Positions 12,876 to 25,220 are shown, counted from the first letter of the stretch. The stretch: DNA of 37,439 nt from Bilabrum cf. latius (GCA_965178125.1 OZ237772.1:558001-595439); one strand, 5' to 3'. Translations and numbers: made by a program. The notes: generated by a model from the letters alone, not told the origin.

Positions 12876-13892
12876 TTACAATCGTTCCCTAGCCTCGCCT
12901 TGCACGGGCTACCACGCCTTCACCCAGTCGATCACGTGCTCTGCCGGCCAGACGGCGTCTGGGTTGAGCCATGGCGGGTAGTACCACGCCACGGCGGTGT
13001 TGAGGATCATGTGCATGGGCCATTGAGGCACAGGGTACGATGGTCGAGTTCGGGTGTGATACACCTATCCGTCTACATGAAATGCAAGCGAGTCTTTGTC
13101 CCAGTCGACTCCGTATTCGTGGAAAGTGCCGCTCAGGTCAACCGTGGGATCCTACAGTGGGGGCCAGGCAGCGCCGGGCAACTCCTGCTAGTTGCTGCCG
13201 CAAGCCTTGCCCCACCGGAAAGATCCAAACACGCGATTTAGAACAGGGTTGCCGGTGTATTCCATGATGTCAATCTCGCCGTACTTTGGCCAGCAACAGT
13301 GGTCACTGCTGTTCGTCCCAGGGCAGCTAGACGGTTCGGGCATGAGCCAGTGGGCCGGCCACGCTCCTGTAGAATTCTAAGCCGGTAGCTAAGCACGCAC
13401 AACAATTCGACCGTATGCTTGTGCCCACTTTCCTTTGGTGTCGATCCAGCCGCTGGTATAGTTGTACAGCTTGCCTTGCCGATCCCGAACTTGCTGCCTG
13501 CATTTGCGAGTTTCGATACGAAGAAGTCCTCCAGACACTCGGATGGCACTTGCCACATACAGCTGTAACTCAGCATCACCGTGAGTGCAATTGTTCCCTA
13601 CGGTCCACGTGGACTAATTTAGTTGCGATCCTTCGAAATTGTCCTCGAAAGTAAGCTGCCAACCAGACTTCTTCACACTGCGATCGGACTCTTGTTGTTT
13701 CGAGTCTAGCAATGATAGCTTGTATCCAGATAATACTGCTTCCATCTCATCACTTGCGCGCATGCTATCAGATGGGAGCTGTCCAATTGTACCTGCCTGC
13801 GAACTGCAGTACGCGAGTACGCTAAGTGTAAGATACAAGAGAGCCACGGCAAATTGGCAGCAAACTCCGAAGTTAACAATGTATGCCGCCAT
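12876..13892 (-). CDS. Secreted glycoside hydrolase family 16 (laminarinase/beta-1,3-glucanase-like), ~338 aa, seven internal TAGs
   Basis: One frame gives a signal peptide, WQLTFEDNFEG, ELQLY, YTSGWIDT, YGRIVVRA*LP, WPAHWLMP, catalytic GEIDIME, FHEYGVDW, FHVDG*, ILNTAV and IDWVKAW*. TAGs at 13616, 13391, 13379, 13190, 13154, 13067 and 12911; ends TAA 12878-12876. Mostly missed by the standard-code ORF track. Confidence 0.93.
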
Positions 13893-14373
13893 CTGCAAAT
13901 GTTGTGAGGATGAGAATAGGCGTTTATTAGTGATGATAAGCCAGCAAACTTTGGTATTCTAGATCTAGTTTCTCTAGGCCTGGGCAAAAAGAGAGTGAGG
14001 ACAAATCCTACGCAAAAGTAAGAAAACCCACCGGTGCATGTGGTGCATGGCTATTTCAAGTAAAATACAGCGGATTGCATACAAAATGACCAAAATGGTC
14101 CTTGCGATTCAACCAAATGGCTCCATCCATGGCCCTCCCAAACCATCAACCAAATGGACCACGCACACTGTGGAACCATCCACAAGCTCGTGTTACAGGC
14201 CACCCCCCATTAATATAGCTGTGCTGGGGGGTGGCCCGGGCACTGCCCGGATTCTAAGTTAGTGACCCGGTAGCAGTTCTTACATCACGTCCTTGCTGTT
14301 TAATTGCCATTCCCTGCAATCACGGCCAGTCTTGAGTCGGCTGTGGGTCTGATGTTGCCGCATACGTACTTTG

Positions 14374-14640
14374 GTCAGCAGTCATGCCATCGTGCCCGGG
14401 CTGCACACATGCAACGCCCTGCACTCCCAACCCAGCCCGGGGGCTGCTGCTGCGACCCAGCCCGGGGACTGCTGCTGCGGCTAGCCCGGGGGCTGCTGCT
14501 GGCCGGTCAGTGTCCCGGTCAGCAGTCATGCCATGGCGCTCCTGCTGCACAGCTGCAATGCCCTGCACTCCTGATTCAGCCCGGGGGGTGCTGCTGCGGC
14601 TAGCCCGGGGGCTGCTGCTGGCCGGTCAGTGCCTTGGCAG
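14374..14640. repeat. Imperfect ~120-140-bp tandem duplication with internal AGCCCGGGGGCTGCTGCTG subrepeats
   Basis: GGTCAGCAGTCATGCCAT...GCCCTGCACTCC...GCTAGCCCGGGGGCTGCTGCTGGCCGGTCAGTG occurs twice (from ~14374 and ~14517). Confidence 0.75.
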
Positions 14641-14668
14641 CATGCCGATGGGGGGTTGGCAATTAAAC

Positions 14669-14917
14669 AGGTTAGGGTTAGGGTTAGGGTTAGGGTTAGG
14701 GTTAGGGTTAGGGTTAGGGTTAGGGTTAGGGTTAGGGTTAGGGTTAGGGTTAGGGTTAGGGTTAGGGTTAGGGTTAGGGTTAGGGTTAGGGTTAGGGTTA
14801 GGGTTAGGGTTAGGGTTAGGGTTAGGGTTAGGGTTAGGGTTAGGGTTAGGGTTAGGGTTAGGGTTAGGGTTAGGGTTAGGGTTAGGGTTAGGGTTAGGGT
14901 TAGGGTTAGGGTTAGGG
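14669..14917 (+). repeat. Internal telomeric tract 1 (TTAGGG)n
   Basis: Perfect TTAGGG hexamers. Confidence 0.99.
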
Positions 14918-17900
14918 TATCTGGGGGTCATGTTAGGATCGGGGCAGACCCTTTTTTTGACCAAAAAATAAAACGCCGCAAATTATATATATTTAGATAG
15001 CCCTTGATCTGTAGATATCCGTAAAAATTTTGTCTAGGGTCGATTTCGCAATATTAAGCGAGATACGCGGAGGTATAGGGTCACCATGTGAGCACCAATT
15101 TTGAAGTGCCAATTTGGGTTGTATGTGGATCGATTGGACTGTGCATGCGTGTATGTGGTTGTTCCCTGTGGCCATCAACGTAGAATACACCGCTCGTGTG
15201 CCCTGTCAGCCCCTCGGCGGCGCCGGTTCCGCAGGCAGCTTGAAATGGCTTGTGCGAGCGGTTTCGCCAAGGGGTCGATCCGGAGTCGATATTGTCAGGC
15301 CCTATCTGACGCGTCTCGATGCGTAGATATCCGTAAAAATTTTGTCTAGGGTCGATTTCTCAATATTAAGCGAGATACGCGGAGGTATAGGGTTGGCACA
15401 TGGGCGTGAGGGCGGCTACTCAGGGGCTGTGTGAGCGGGCCTGTTTGGGTTGTATGTGGATCGATTGGACTGTGCATGCGTGTATGTGGTTGTTCCCTGT
15501 GGCCATCAACGTGGAATACACCGCTCGTGTGCCCTGTCAGCCCCTCGGCGGCGCCGGTTCCGCAGGCAGCTTGAAATGGCTTGTGCGAGCGGTTTCGCCA
15601 AGGGGTCGATCCGGAGTCGATATTGTCAGGCCCTATCTGACGCGTCTCGATGCGTAGATATCCGTAAAAATTTTGTCTAGGGTCGATTTCTCAATATTAA
15701 GCGAGATACGCGGAGGTATAGGGTTGGCACATGGGCGTGAGGGCGGCTACTCAGGGGCTGTGTGAGCGGGCCTGTTTGGGTTGTATGTGGATCGATTGGA
15801 CTGTGCATGCGTGTATGTGGTTGTTCCCTGTGGCCATCAACGTGGAATGCATTGCTCATGTGCCCTGTCAGCCCCTCGGCGGCGCCGGTTCCGCAGGCAG
15901 CTTGAAATGGCTTGTTCGAGCGGTTTCGCCAAGGGGTCGATCCGGAGTCGATATTGTCAGGCCCTATCTGACGCGTCTGGATGCGTAGATATCCGTAAAA
16001 ATTTTGTCTAGGGTCGATTTCTCAATATTAAGCGAGATACGCGGAGGTATAGGGTTGGCACATGGGCGTGAGGGCGGCTACTCAGGGGCTGTGTGAGCGG
16101 GCCTGTTTGGGTTGTATGTGGATCGATTGGACTGTGCATGCGTGTATGTGGTTGTTCCCTGTGGCCATCAACGTGGAATACACCGCTCGTGTGCCCTGTC
16201 AGCCCCTCGGCGGCGCCGGTTCCGCAGGCAGCTTGAAATGGCTTGTGCGAGCGGTTTCGCCAAGGGGTCGATCCGGAGTCGATATTGTCAGGCCCTATCT
16301 GACGCGTCTGGATGCGTAGATATCCGTAAAAATTTTGTCTAGGGTCGATTTCTCAATATTAAGCGAGATACGCGGAGGTATAGGGTTGGCACATGGGCGT
16401 GAGGGCGGCTACTCAGGGGCTGTGTGAGCGGGCCTGTTTGGGTTGTATGTGGATCGATTGGACTGTGCATGCGTGTATGTGGTTGTTCCCTGTGGCCATC
16501 AACGTGGAATTCATTGCTCATGTGCCCTGTCAGCCCCTCGGCGGCGCCGGTTCCGCAGGCGGCTTGAAATGGCTTGTTCGAGCGGTTTCGCCAAGGGGTC
16601 GATCCGGAGTCGATATTGTCAGGCCCTATCTGACGCGTCTGGATGCGTAGATATCCGTAAAAATTTTGTCTAGGGTCGATTTCTCAATATTAAGCGAGAT
16701 ACGCGGAGGTATAGGGTTGGCACATGGGCGTGAGGGCGGCTACTCAGGGGCTGTGTGAGCGGGCCTGTTTGGGTTGTATGTGGATCGATTGGACTGTGCA
16801 TGCGTGTATGTGGTTGTTCCCTGTGGCCATCAACGTGGAATACACCGCTCGTGTGCCCTGTCAGCCCCTCGGCGGCGCCGGTTCCGCAGGCAGCTTGAAA
16901 TGGCTTGTGCGAGCGGTTTCGCCAAGGGGTCGATCCGGAGTCGATATTGTCAGGCCCTATCTGACGCGTCTGGATGCGTAGATATCCGTAAAAATTTTGT
17001 CTAGGGTCGATTTCTCAATATTAAGCGAGATACGCGGAGGTATAGGGTTGGCACATGGGCGTGAGGGCGGCTACTCAGGGGCTGTGTGAGCGGGCCTGTT
17101 TGGGTTGTATGTGGATCGATTGGACTGTGCATGCGTGTATGTGGTTGTTCCCTGTGGCCATCAACGTGGAATTCATTGCTCATGTGCCCTGTCAGCCCCT
17201 CGGCGGCGCCGGTTCCGCAGGCGGCTTGAAATGGCTTGTTCGAGCGGTTTCGCCAAGGGGTCGATCCGGAGTCGATATTGTCAGGCCCTATCTGACGCGT
17301 CTCGATGCGTAGATATCCGTAAAAATTTTGTCTAGGGTCGATTTCTCAATATTAAGCGAGATACGCGGAGGTATAGGGTTGGCACATGGGCGTGAGGGCG
17401 GCTACTCAGGGGCTGTGTGAGCGGGCCTGTTTGGGTTGTATGTGGATCGATTGGACTGTGCATGCGTGTATGTGGTTGTTCCCTGTGGCCATCAACGTGG
17501 AATACACCGCTCGTGTGCCCTGTCAGCCCCTCGGCGGCGCCGGTTCCGCAGGCAGCTTGAAATGGCTTGTGCGAGCGGTTTCGCCGAAGGGTCGATCCGG
17601 AGTCGATATTGTCAGGCCCTATCTGACGCGTCTGGATGCGTAGATATCCGTAAAAATTTTGTCTAGGGTCGATTTCTCAATATTAAGCGAGATACGCGGA
17701 GGTATAGGGTTGGCACATGGGCGTGAGGGCGGCTACTCAGGGGCTGTGTGAGCGGGCCTGTTTGGGTTGTATGTGGATCGATTGGACTGTGCATGCGTGT
17801 ATGTGGTTGTTCCCTGTGGCCATCAACGTGGAATACACCGCTCGTGTGCCCTGTCAGCCCCTCGGCGGCGCCGGTTCCGCAGGCGGCTTGAAATGGCTTG

Positions 17901-19005
17901 TGCGAGCGGTTTCGCCAAGGGGTCGATCCGGAGTCGATATTGTCAGGCCCCATCCGACGCGTCTGGATGCGTAGATATCCGTAAAAATTTTGTCTAGGGT
18001 CGATTTCTCAATATTAAGCGAGATACGCGGAGGTATAGGGTTGGCACATGGGCGTGAGGGCGGCTACTCAGGGGCTGTGTGAGCGGGCCTGTTTGGGTTG
18101 TATGTGGATCGATTGGACTGTGCATGCGTGTATGTGGTTGTTCCCTGTGGCCATCAACGTGGAATTCATTGCTCATGTGCCCTGTCAGCCCCTCGGCGGC
18201 GCCGGTTCCGCAGGCGGCTTGAAATGGCTTGTGCGAGCGGTTTCGCCAAGGGGTCGATCCGGAGTCGATATTGTCAGGCCCTATCTGACGCGTCTGGATG
18301 CGTAGATATCCGTAAAAATTTTGTCTAGGGTCGATTTCTCAATATTAAGCGAGATACGCGGAGGTATAGGGTTGGCTGTGTGGAGTGGGCTAGTGATATG
18401 CATGGTTTGCGTGACAATGAGGATAGTCTTGAATTTGTGCATTTCAATGCTCCCCCTCTTCGGCTTCTGCTGCTGCGGCCGCTTGGCGGGCATCCAGGAC
18501 TCCTGAGATGTAGGCCATGCGCTGCTCCAAGCGTTCCAGTAGCCAGTCTGCATTCTCGCCTTCACGGACATCGCACAGCCGGACCTGGTTTCCAGCTTTG
18601 CGCTTCTGCTTCCCGATCCTCTTGGAGTTGTCCTTGTACTTTTTGACCTCCGACACGGTGATCGGAGCTGCACCTACGGCCGCAGCTTGAGGTGCTGGCG
18701 GGACTGGTGCTTGACCTGCAGCTCCTGCAGCAGCTTGAGGTGCTGGCGGGACTGGTGCTTGACCTGCAGCTCCTGCAGCAGCTTGAGGTGCTGGTGGTGC
18801 CGGTGCTGGACCTGCAGCTCCTGCCGCAGCTTGTAGTGCTGGTGGTGCTGGGGCCGGGGCTGGGGCCTGGGATTTCCCGCGACGAGCTCTTAGGCGACCA
18901 TTCGAGCGCCCTTTGCGGCTCTGCATACCTGATGCATGCATCTCCGCCTCCTCCTCTGCCTTCTCTTCGTCGAAATCAGATCCCTCCTCGTCGTTCCCGG
19001 AGTCG
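14918..19005 (-). mobile_element. Telomere-inserted element family A, distally truncated
   Basis: Flanked by telomere tracts; starts TATCTGGGGGTCATGTTAGGATCGGGG; contains a 331-bp array and a minus-strand ORF cut by the next telomere tract. Confidence 0.75.
15011..18376. repeat. 331-bp tandem satellite: one 312-bp variant, nine full units and a partial unit
   Basis: GTAGATATCCGTAAAAATTTTGTCTAGGG recurs at 15011, 15323 and then every 331 bp to 18302. Confidence 0.97.
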
Positions 19006-19007
19006 TA
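18444..19007 (-). CDS. 5'-truncated family A ORF: acidic segment, four 16-aa APAPPAPQAAAGAAGQ-type repeats, basic/helical C-terminus
   Basis: Frame is open from the telomere junction (YDSGNDEEGSDFDEEKAEEEAEMHAS...) to TGA 18446-18444; no upstream stop. Confidence 0.65.
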   Translation of the reverse strand, partial: YDSGNDEEGSDFDEEKAEEEAEMHASGMQSRKGRSNGRLRARRGKSQAPAPAPAPPALQAAAGAAGPAPAPPAPQAAAGAAGQAPVPPAPQAAAGAAGQAPVPPAPQAAAVGAAPITVSEVKKYKDNSKRIGKQKRKAGNQVRLCDVREGENADWLLERLEQRMAYISGVLDARQAAAAAEAEEGEH

Positions 19008-19454
19008 GGGGGGGGGGTAGGGTTAGGGTTAGGGTTAGGGTTAGGGTTAGGGTTAGGGTTAGGGTTAGGGTTAGGGTTAGGGTTAGGGTTAGGGTTAGGG
19101 TTAGGGTTAGGGTTAGGGTTAGGGTTAGGGTTAGGGTTAGGGTTAGGGTTAGGGTTAGGGTTAGGGTTAGGGTTAGGGTTAGGGTTAGGGTTAGGGTTAG
19201 GGTTAGGGTTAGGGTTAGGGTTAGGGTTAGGGTTAGGGTTAGGGTTAGGGTTAGGGTTAGGGTTAGGGTTAGGGTTAGGGTTAGGGTTAGGGTTAGGGTT
19301 AGGGTTAGGGTTAGGGTTAGGGTTAGGGTTAGGGTTAGGGTTAGGGTTAGGGTTAGGGTTAGGGTTAGGGTTAGGGTTAGGGTTAGGGTTAGGGTTAGGG
19401 TTAGGGTTAGGGTTAGGGTTAGGGTTAGGGTTAGGGTTAGGGTTAGGGTTAGGG
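19006..19454 (+). repeat. Internal telomeric tract 2, irregular proximal start (TA-G10-TAGGG)
   Basis: TTAGGG hexamers. Confidence 0.99.
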
Positions 19455-20762
19455 TATCTAATATAAAGTCAGGGACAGGGTCGGGGAAAAAATATTTTCA
19501 TCTTCATTTTTTTGTCGAAAATGTGCCCTCTGCGATCTCAGCAACTAGAATAGGTATGAAGATGATTCAATTTGTTTTGGGACGGCCTAGGGCCATATCA
19601 TGGGGCAAATGTTCCCCAGGTTCCGTTTTGACCGAGCGGCGACGATACTGGCTGATGAAGATTTACATGCCGAAAATGTGCCCTCTGCGATCTCAGCAAC
19701 TAGAATAGGTATGAAGATGATTCAAACTGTTTTGGGACGGCCTAGGGCCATATCATGGGGCAAATGTTCCCCAGGTTCCGTTTTGACCGCGCGGCGACGA
19801 TACTGGCTGATGAAGATTTACATGCCGAAAATGTGCCCTCTGCGATCTCAGCAACTAGAATAGGTATGAAGATGATTCAAACTGTTTTGAGACGGCCTAG
19901 GGCCATATCATGGGGCAAATGTTCCCCAGGTTCCGTTTTGACCGCGCGGCGACGATACTGGCTGATGAAGATTTACATGCCGAAAATGTGCCCTCTGCGA
20001 TCTCAGCAACTAGAATAGGTATGAAGATGATTCAAACTGTTTTGGGACGGCCTAGGGCCATATCATGGGGCAAATGTTCCCCAGGTTCCGTTTTGACCGC
20101 GCGGCGACGATACTGGCTGATGAAGATTTACATGCCGAAAATGTGCCCTCTGCGATCTCAGCAACTAGAATAGGTATGAAGATGATTCAAACTGTTTTGG
20201 GATGGCCTAGGGCCATATCATGGGGCAAATGTTCCCCAGGTTCCGTTTTGACCGCGCGGCGACGATACTGGCTGATGAAGATTTACATGCCGAAAATGTG
20301 CCCTCTGCGATCTCAGCAACTAGAATAGGTATGAAGATGATTCAAACTGTTTTGGGACGGCCTAGGGCCATATCATGGGGCAAATGTTCCCCAGGTTCCG
20401 TTTTGACCGCGCGGCGACGATACTGGCTGATGAAGATTTACATGCCGAAAATGTGCCCTCTGCGATCTCAGCAACTAGAATAGGTATGAAGATGATTCAA
20501 ACTGTTTTGGGACGGCCTAGGGCCATATCATGGGGCAAATGTTCCCCAGGTTCCGTTTTGACCGCGCGGCGACGATACTGGCTGATGAAGATTTACATGC
20601 CGAAAATGTGCCCTCTGCGATCTCAGCAACTAGAATAGCCGTCCCCGTGAAATCTCCCAGAAATTTCTGGATTCCGGGTCCACATTTGCGACCCAACGAC
20701 ACTCAGGGTCAAATATATCTAAAACAAATGAGTGGAATATAACTATAACCACTAAATAGATT
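19455..20762 (-). mobile_element. Telomere-inserted short non-coding element B1
   Basis: Conserved terminus TATCTAATATAAAGTCAGGGACAGGGTCGGGG, about 7 x 155-bp units, then a ~125-bp unique end. Confidence 0.75.
19516..20638. repeat. 155-bp satellite variant B, ~7.2 copies
   Basis: GAAAATGTGCCCTCTGCGATCTCAGCAAC recurs with a 155-bp period. Confidence 0.97.
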
Positions 20763-21404
20763 TTAGGGTTAGGGTTAGGGTAGGGTTAGGGTTAGGGTTA
20801 GGGTTAGGGTTAGGGTTAGGGTTAGGGTTAGGGTTAGGGTTAGGGTTAGGGTTAGGGTTAGGGTTAGGGTTAGGGTTAGGGTTAGGGTTAGGGTTAGGGT
20901 TAGGGTTAGGGTTAGGGTTAGGGTTAGGGTTAGGGTTAGGGTTAGGGTTAGGGTTAGGGTTAGGGTTAGGGTTAGGGTTAGGGTTAGGGTTAGGGTTAGG
21001 GTTAGGGTTAGGGTTAGGGTTAGGGTTAGGGTTAGGGTTAGGGTTAGGGTTAGGGTTAGGGTTAGGGTTAGGGTTAGGGTTAGGGTTAGGGTTAGGGTTA
21101 GGGTTAGGGTTAGGGTTAGGGTTAGGGTTAGGGTTAGGGTTAGGGTTAGGGTTAGGGTTAGGGTTAGGGTTAGGGTTAGGGGTTAGGGTTAGGGTTAGGG
21201 TTAGGGTTAGGGTTAGGGTTAGGGTTAGGGTTAGGGTTAGGGTTAGGGTTAGGGTTAGGGTTAGGGTTAGGGTTAGGGTTAGGGTTAGGGTTAGGGTTAG
21301 GGTTAGGGTTAGGGTTAGGGTTAGGGTTAGGGTTAGGGTTAGGGTTAGGGTTAGGGTTAGGGTTAGGGTTAGGGTTAGGGTTAGGGTTAGGGTTAGGGTT
21401 AGGG
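20763..21404 (+). repeat. Internal telomeric tract 3
   Basis: TTAGGG hexamers with one TAGGG and one TTAGGGG variant. Confidence 0.99.
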
Positions 21405-21937
21405 TATCTAATATAAAGTCAGGGACAGGGTCGGGGAAAAAATATTTTCATCTTCATTTTTTTGTCGAAAATGTGCCCTCTGCGATCTCAGCAACTAGAA
21501 TAGGTATGAAGATGATTCAAACTGTTTTGGGACGGCCTAGGGCCATATCATGGGGCAAATGTTCCCCAGGTTCCGTTTTGACCGAGCGGCGACGATACTG
21601 GCTGATGAAGATTTACATGCCGAAAATGTGCCCTCTGCGATCTCAGCAACTAGAATAGGTATGAAGATGATTCAAACTGTTTTGGGACGGCCTAGGGCCA
21701 TATCATGGGGCAAATGTTCCCCAGGTTCCGTTTTGACCGCGCGGCGACGATACTGGCTGATGAAGATTTACATGCCGAAAATGTGCCCTCTGCGATCTCA
21801 GCAACTAGAATAGCCGTCCCCGTGAAATCTCCCAGAAATTTCTGGATTCCGGGTCCACATTTGCGACCCAACGACACTCAGGGTCAAATATATCTAAAAC
21901 AAATGAGTGGAATATAACTATAACCACTAAATAGATT
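21405..21937 (-). mobile_element. Telomere-inserted short element B2 (copy of B1 with ~2.2 satellite units)
   Basis: Same two ends as B1, five fewer 155-bp units. Confidence 0.75.
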
Positions 21938-23315
21938 TTAGGGTTAGGGTTAGGGTAGGGTTAGGGTTAGGGTTAGGGTTAGGGTTAGGGTTAGGGTTAG
22001 GGTTAGGGTTAGGGTTAGGGTTAGGGTTAGGGTTAGGGTTAGGGTTAGGGTTAGGGTTAGGGTTAGGGTTAGGGTTAGGGTTAGGGTTAGGGTTAGGGTT
22101 AGGGTTAGGGTTAGGGTTAGGGTTAGGGTTAGGGTTAGGGTTAGGGTTAGGGTTAGGGTTAGGGTTAGGGTTAGGGTTAGGGTTAGGGTTAGGGTTAGGG
22201 TTAGGGTTAGGGTTAGGGTTAGGGTTAGGGTTAGGATTAGGGTTAGGGTTAGGGTTAGGTTAGGGTTAGGGTTAGGGTTAGGGTTAGGGTTAGGGTTAGG
22301 GTTAGGGTTAGGGTTAGGGTTAGGGTTAGGGTTAGGGTTAGGGTTAGGGTTAGGGTTAGGGTTAGGGTTAGGGTTAGGGTTAGGGTTAGGGTTAGGGTTA
22401 GGGTTAGGGTTAGGGTTAGGGTTAGGGTTAGGGTTAGGGTTAGGGTTAGGGTTAGGGTTAGGGTTAGGGTTAGGGTTAGGGTTAGGGTTAGGGTTAGGGT
22501 TAGGGTTAGGGTTAGGGTTAGGGTTAGGGTTAGGGTTAGGGTTAGGGTTAGGGTTAGGGTTAGGGTTAGGGTTAGGGTTAGGGTTAGGGTTAGGGTTAGG
22601 GTTAGGGTTAGGGTTAGGGTTAGGGTTAGGGTTAGGGTTAGGGTTAGGGTTAGGGTTAGGGTTAGGGTTAGGGTTAGGGTTAGGGTTAGGGTTAGGGTTA
22701 GGGTTAGGGTTAGGGTTAGGGTTAGGGTTAGGGTTAGGGTTAGGGTTAGGGTTAGGGTTAGGGTTAGGGTTAGGGTTAGGGTTAGGGTTAGGGTTAGGGT
22801 TAGGGTTAGGGTTAGGGTTAGGGTTAGGGTTAGGGTTAGGGTTAGGGTTAGGGTTAGGGTTAGGGTTAGGGTTAGGGTTAGGGTTAGGGTTAGGGTTAGG
22901 GTTAGGGTTAGGGTTAGGGTTAGGGTTAGGGTTAGGGTTAGGGTTAGGGTTAGGGTTAGGGTTAGGGTTAGGGTTAGGGTTAGGGTTAGGGTTAGGGTTA
23001 GGGTTAGGGTTAGGGTTAGGGTTAGGGTTAGGGTTAGGGTTAGGGTTAGGGTTAGGGTTAGGGTTAGGGTTAGGGTTAGGGTTAGGGTTAGGGTTAGGGT
23101 TAGGGTTAGGGTTAGGGTTAGGGTTAGGGTTAGGGTTAGGGTTAGGGTTAGGGTTAGGGTTAGGGTTAGGGTTAGGGTTAGGGTTAGGGTTAGGGTTAGG
23201 GTTAGGGTTAGGGTTAGGGTTAGGGTTAGGGTTAGGGTTAGGGTTAGGGTTAGGGTTAGGGTTAGGGTTAGGGTTAGGGTTAGGGTTAGGGTTAGGGTTA
23301 GGGTTAGGGTTAGGG
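21938..23315 (+). repeat. Internal telomeric tract 4 (~1.38 kb)
   Basis: TTAGGG hexamers with TAGGG, TTAGGA and TTAGG variants. Confidence 0.99.
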
Positions 23316-23376
23316 TATCTATTATAAAGTCAGGGACAGGGTCGGGGAAAAATATTTTCATCTTCACTTTTTGACA

Positions 23377-25183
23377 AAATCCTGCGGGATACGATCTCGG
23401 CAACCACAGGAGATATGAAGACCGTTCAAATTGCGTTGGGACGGCCTAGGGCCACATCATTGGCCAAATGTTCCTCAGGTTCCGCTTTTGACGCGCGGCG
23501 CCAATATTGGGCCTTGAAGATTTTCATGCTGAAATCCTGCGGGATACGATCTCGGCAACCACAGGAGATATGAAGACCGTTCAAATTGCGTTGGGACGGC
23601 CTAGGGCCACAACATTGGCCAAATGTTCCTCAGGTTCCGCTTTTGACGCGCGGCGCCAATATTGGGCCTTGAAGATTTTCATGCTGAAATCCTGCGGGAT
23701 ACGATCTCGGCAACCACAGGAGATATGAAGACCGTTAAAATTGCGTTGGGACGGCCTAGGGCCACAACATTGGCCAAATGTTCCTCAGGTTCCGCTTTTG
23801 ACGCGCGGCGCCAATATTGGGCCTTGAAGATTTTCATGCTGAAATCCTGCGGGATACGATCTCGGCAACCACAGGAGATATGAAGACCGTTAAAATTGCA
23901 TTGGGACGGCCTAGAGCCACATCATTGGCCAAATGTTCCTCAGGTTCCGCTTTTGACGCGCGGCGCCAATATTGGGCCTTGAAGATTTTCATGCTGAAAT
24001 CCTGCGGGATACGATCTCGGCAACCACAGGAGATATGAAGACCGTTCAAATTGCGTTGGGACGGCCTAGGGCCACATCATTGGCCAAATGTTCCTCAGGT
24101 TCCGCTTTTGACGCGCGGCGCCAATATTGGGCCTTGAAGATTTTCATGCTGAAATCCTGCGGGATACGATCTCGGCAACCACAGGAGATATGAAGACCGT
24201 TCAAATTGCGTTGGGACGGCCTAGAGCCACATCATTGGCCAAATGTTCCTCAGGTTCCGCTTTTGACGCGCGGCGCCAATATTGGGCCTTGAAGATTTTC
24301 ATGCTGAAATCCTGCGGGATACGATCTCGGCAACCACAGGAGATATGAAGACCGTTCAAATTGCGTTGGGACGGCCTAGGGCCACATCATTGGCCAAATG
24401 TTCCTCAGGTTCCGCTTTTGACGCGCGGCGCCAATATTGGGCCTTGAAGATTTTCATGCTGAAATCCTGCGGGATACGATCTCGGCAACCACAGGAGATA
24501 TGAAGACCGTTCAAATTGCGTTGGGACGGCCTAGAGCCACATCATTGGCCAAATGTTCCTCAGGTTCCGCTTTTGACGCGCGGCGCCAATATTGGGCCTT
24601 GAAGATTTTCATGCTGAAATCCTGCGGGATACGATCTCGGCAACCACAGGAGATATGAAGACCGTTCAAATTGCGTTGGGACGGCCTAGGGCCACAACAT
24701 TGGCCAAATGTTCCTCAGGTTCCGCTTTTGACGCGCAGCGCCAATATTGGGCCTTGAAGATTTTCATGCTGAAATCCTGCGGGATACGATCTCGGCAACC
24801 ACAGGAGATATGAAGACCGTTCAAATTGCGTTGGGACGGCCTAGGGCCACATCATTGGCCAAATGTTCCTCAGGTTCCGCTTTTGACGCGCGGCGCCAAT
24901 ATTGGGCCTTGAAGATTTTCATGCTGAAATCCTGCGGGATACGATCTCGGCAACCACAGGAGATATGAAGACCGTTAAAATTGCATTGGGACGGCCTAGG
25001 GCCACATCATTGGCCAAATGTTCCTCAGGTTCCGCTTTTGACGCACGGCGCCAATATTGGGCCTTGAAGATTTTCATGCTGAAATCCTGCGGGATACGAT
25101 CTCGGCAACCACAGGAGATATGAAGACCGTTCAAATTGCGTTGGGACGGCCTAGGGCCACAACATTGGCCAAATGTTCCTCAG
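23377..25183. repeat. 155-bp satellite variant C, ~11.7 copies
   Basis: AAATCCTGCGGGATACGATCTCGGCAACC recurs with a 155-bp period; colinear with variant B. Confidence 0.97.
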
Positions 25184-25220
25184 ATTCATTGTACTTCATT
25201 CAGTGCAAGTATGGCGTATT

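Noticed and set aside
1-13892. Cluster of pseudogenes with premature stops
   Set aside because: Every interruption is TAG, there are no frameshifts and catalytic motifs are intact. Random decay would also give TAA, TGA and indels.
19640-19690. Hammerhead ribozyme (CTGATGA...GAAA) in the 155-bp unit, as expected for Penelope-like elements
   Set aside because: Stem II does not pair, the motif is on the strand opposite ORF1, and CTGATGA is lost in variants C (CCTTGA) and D (CCAATGA). A covariance-model search would be needed to exclude atypical forms.
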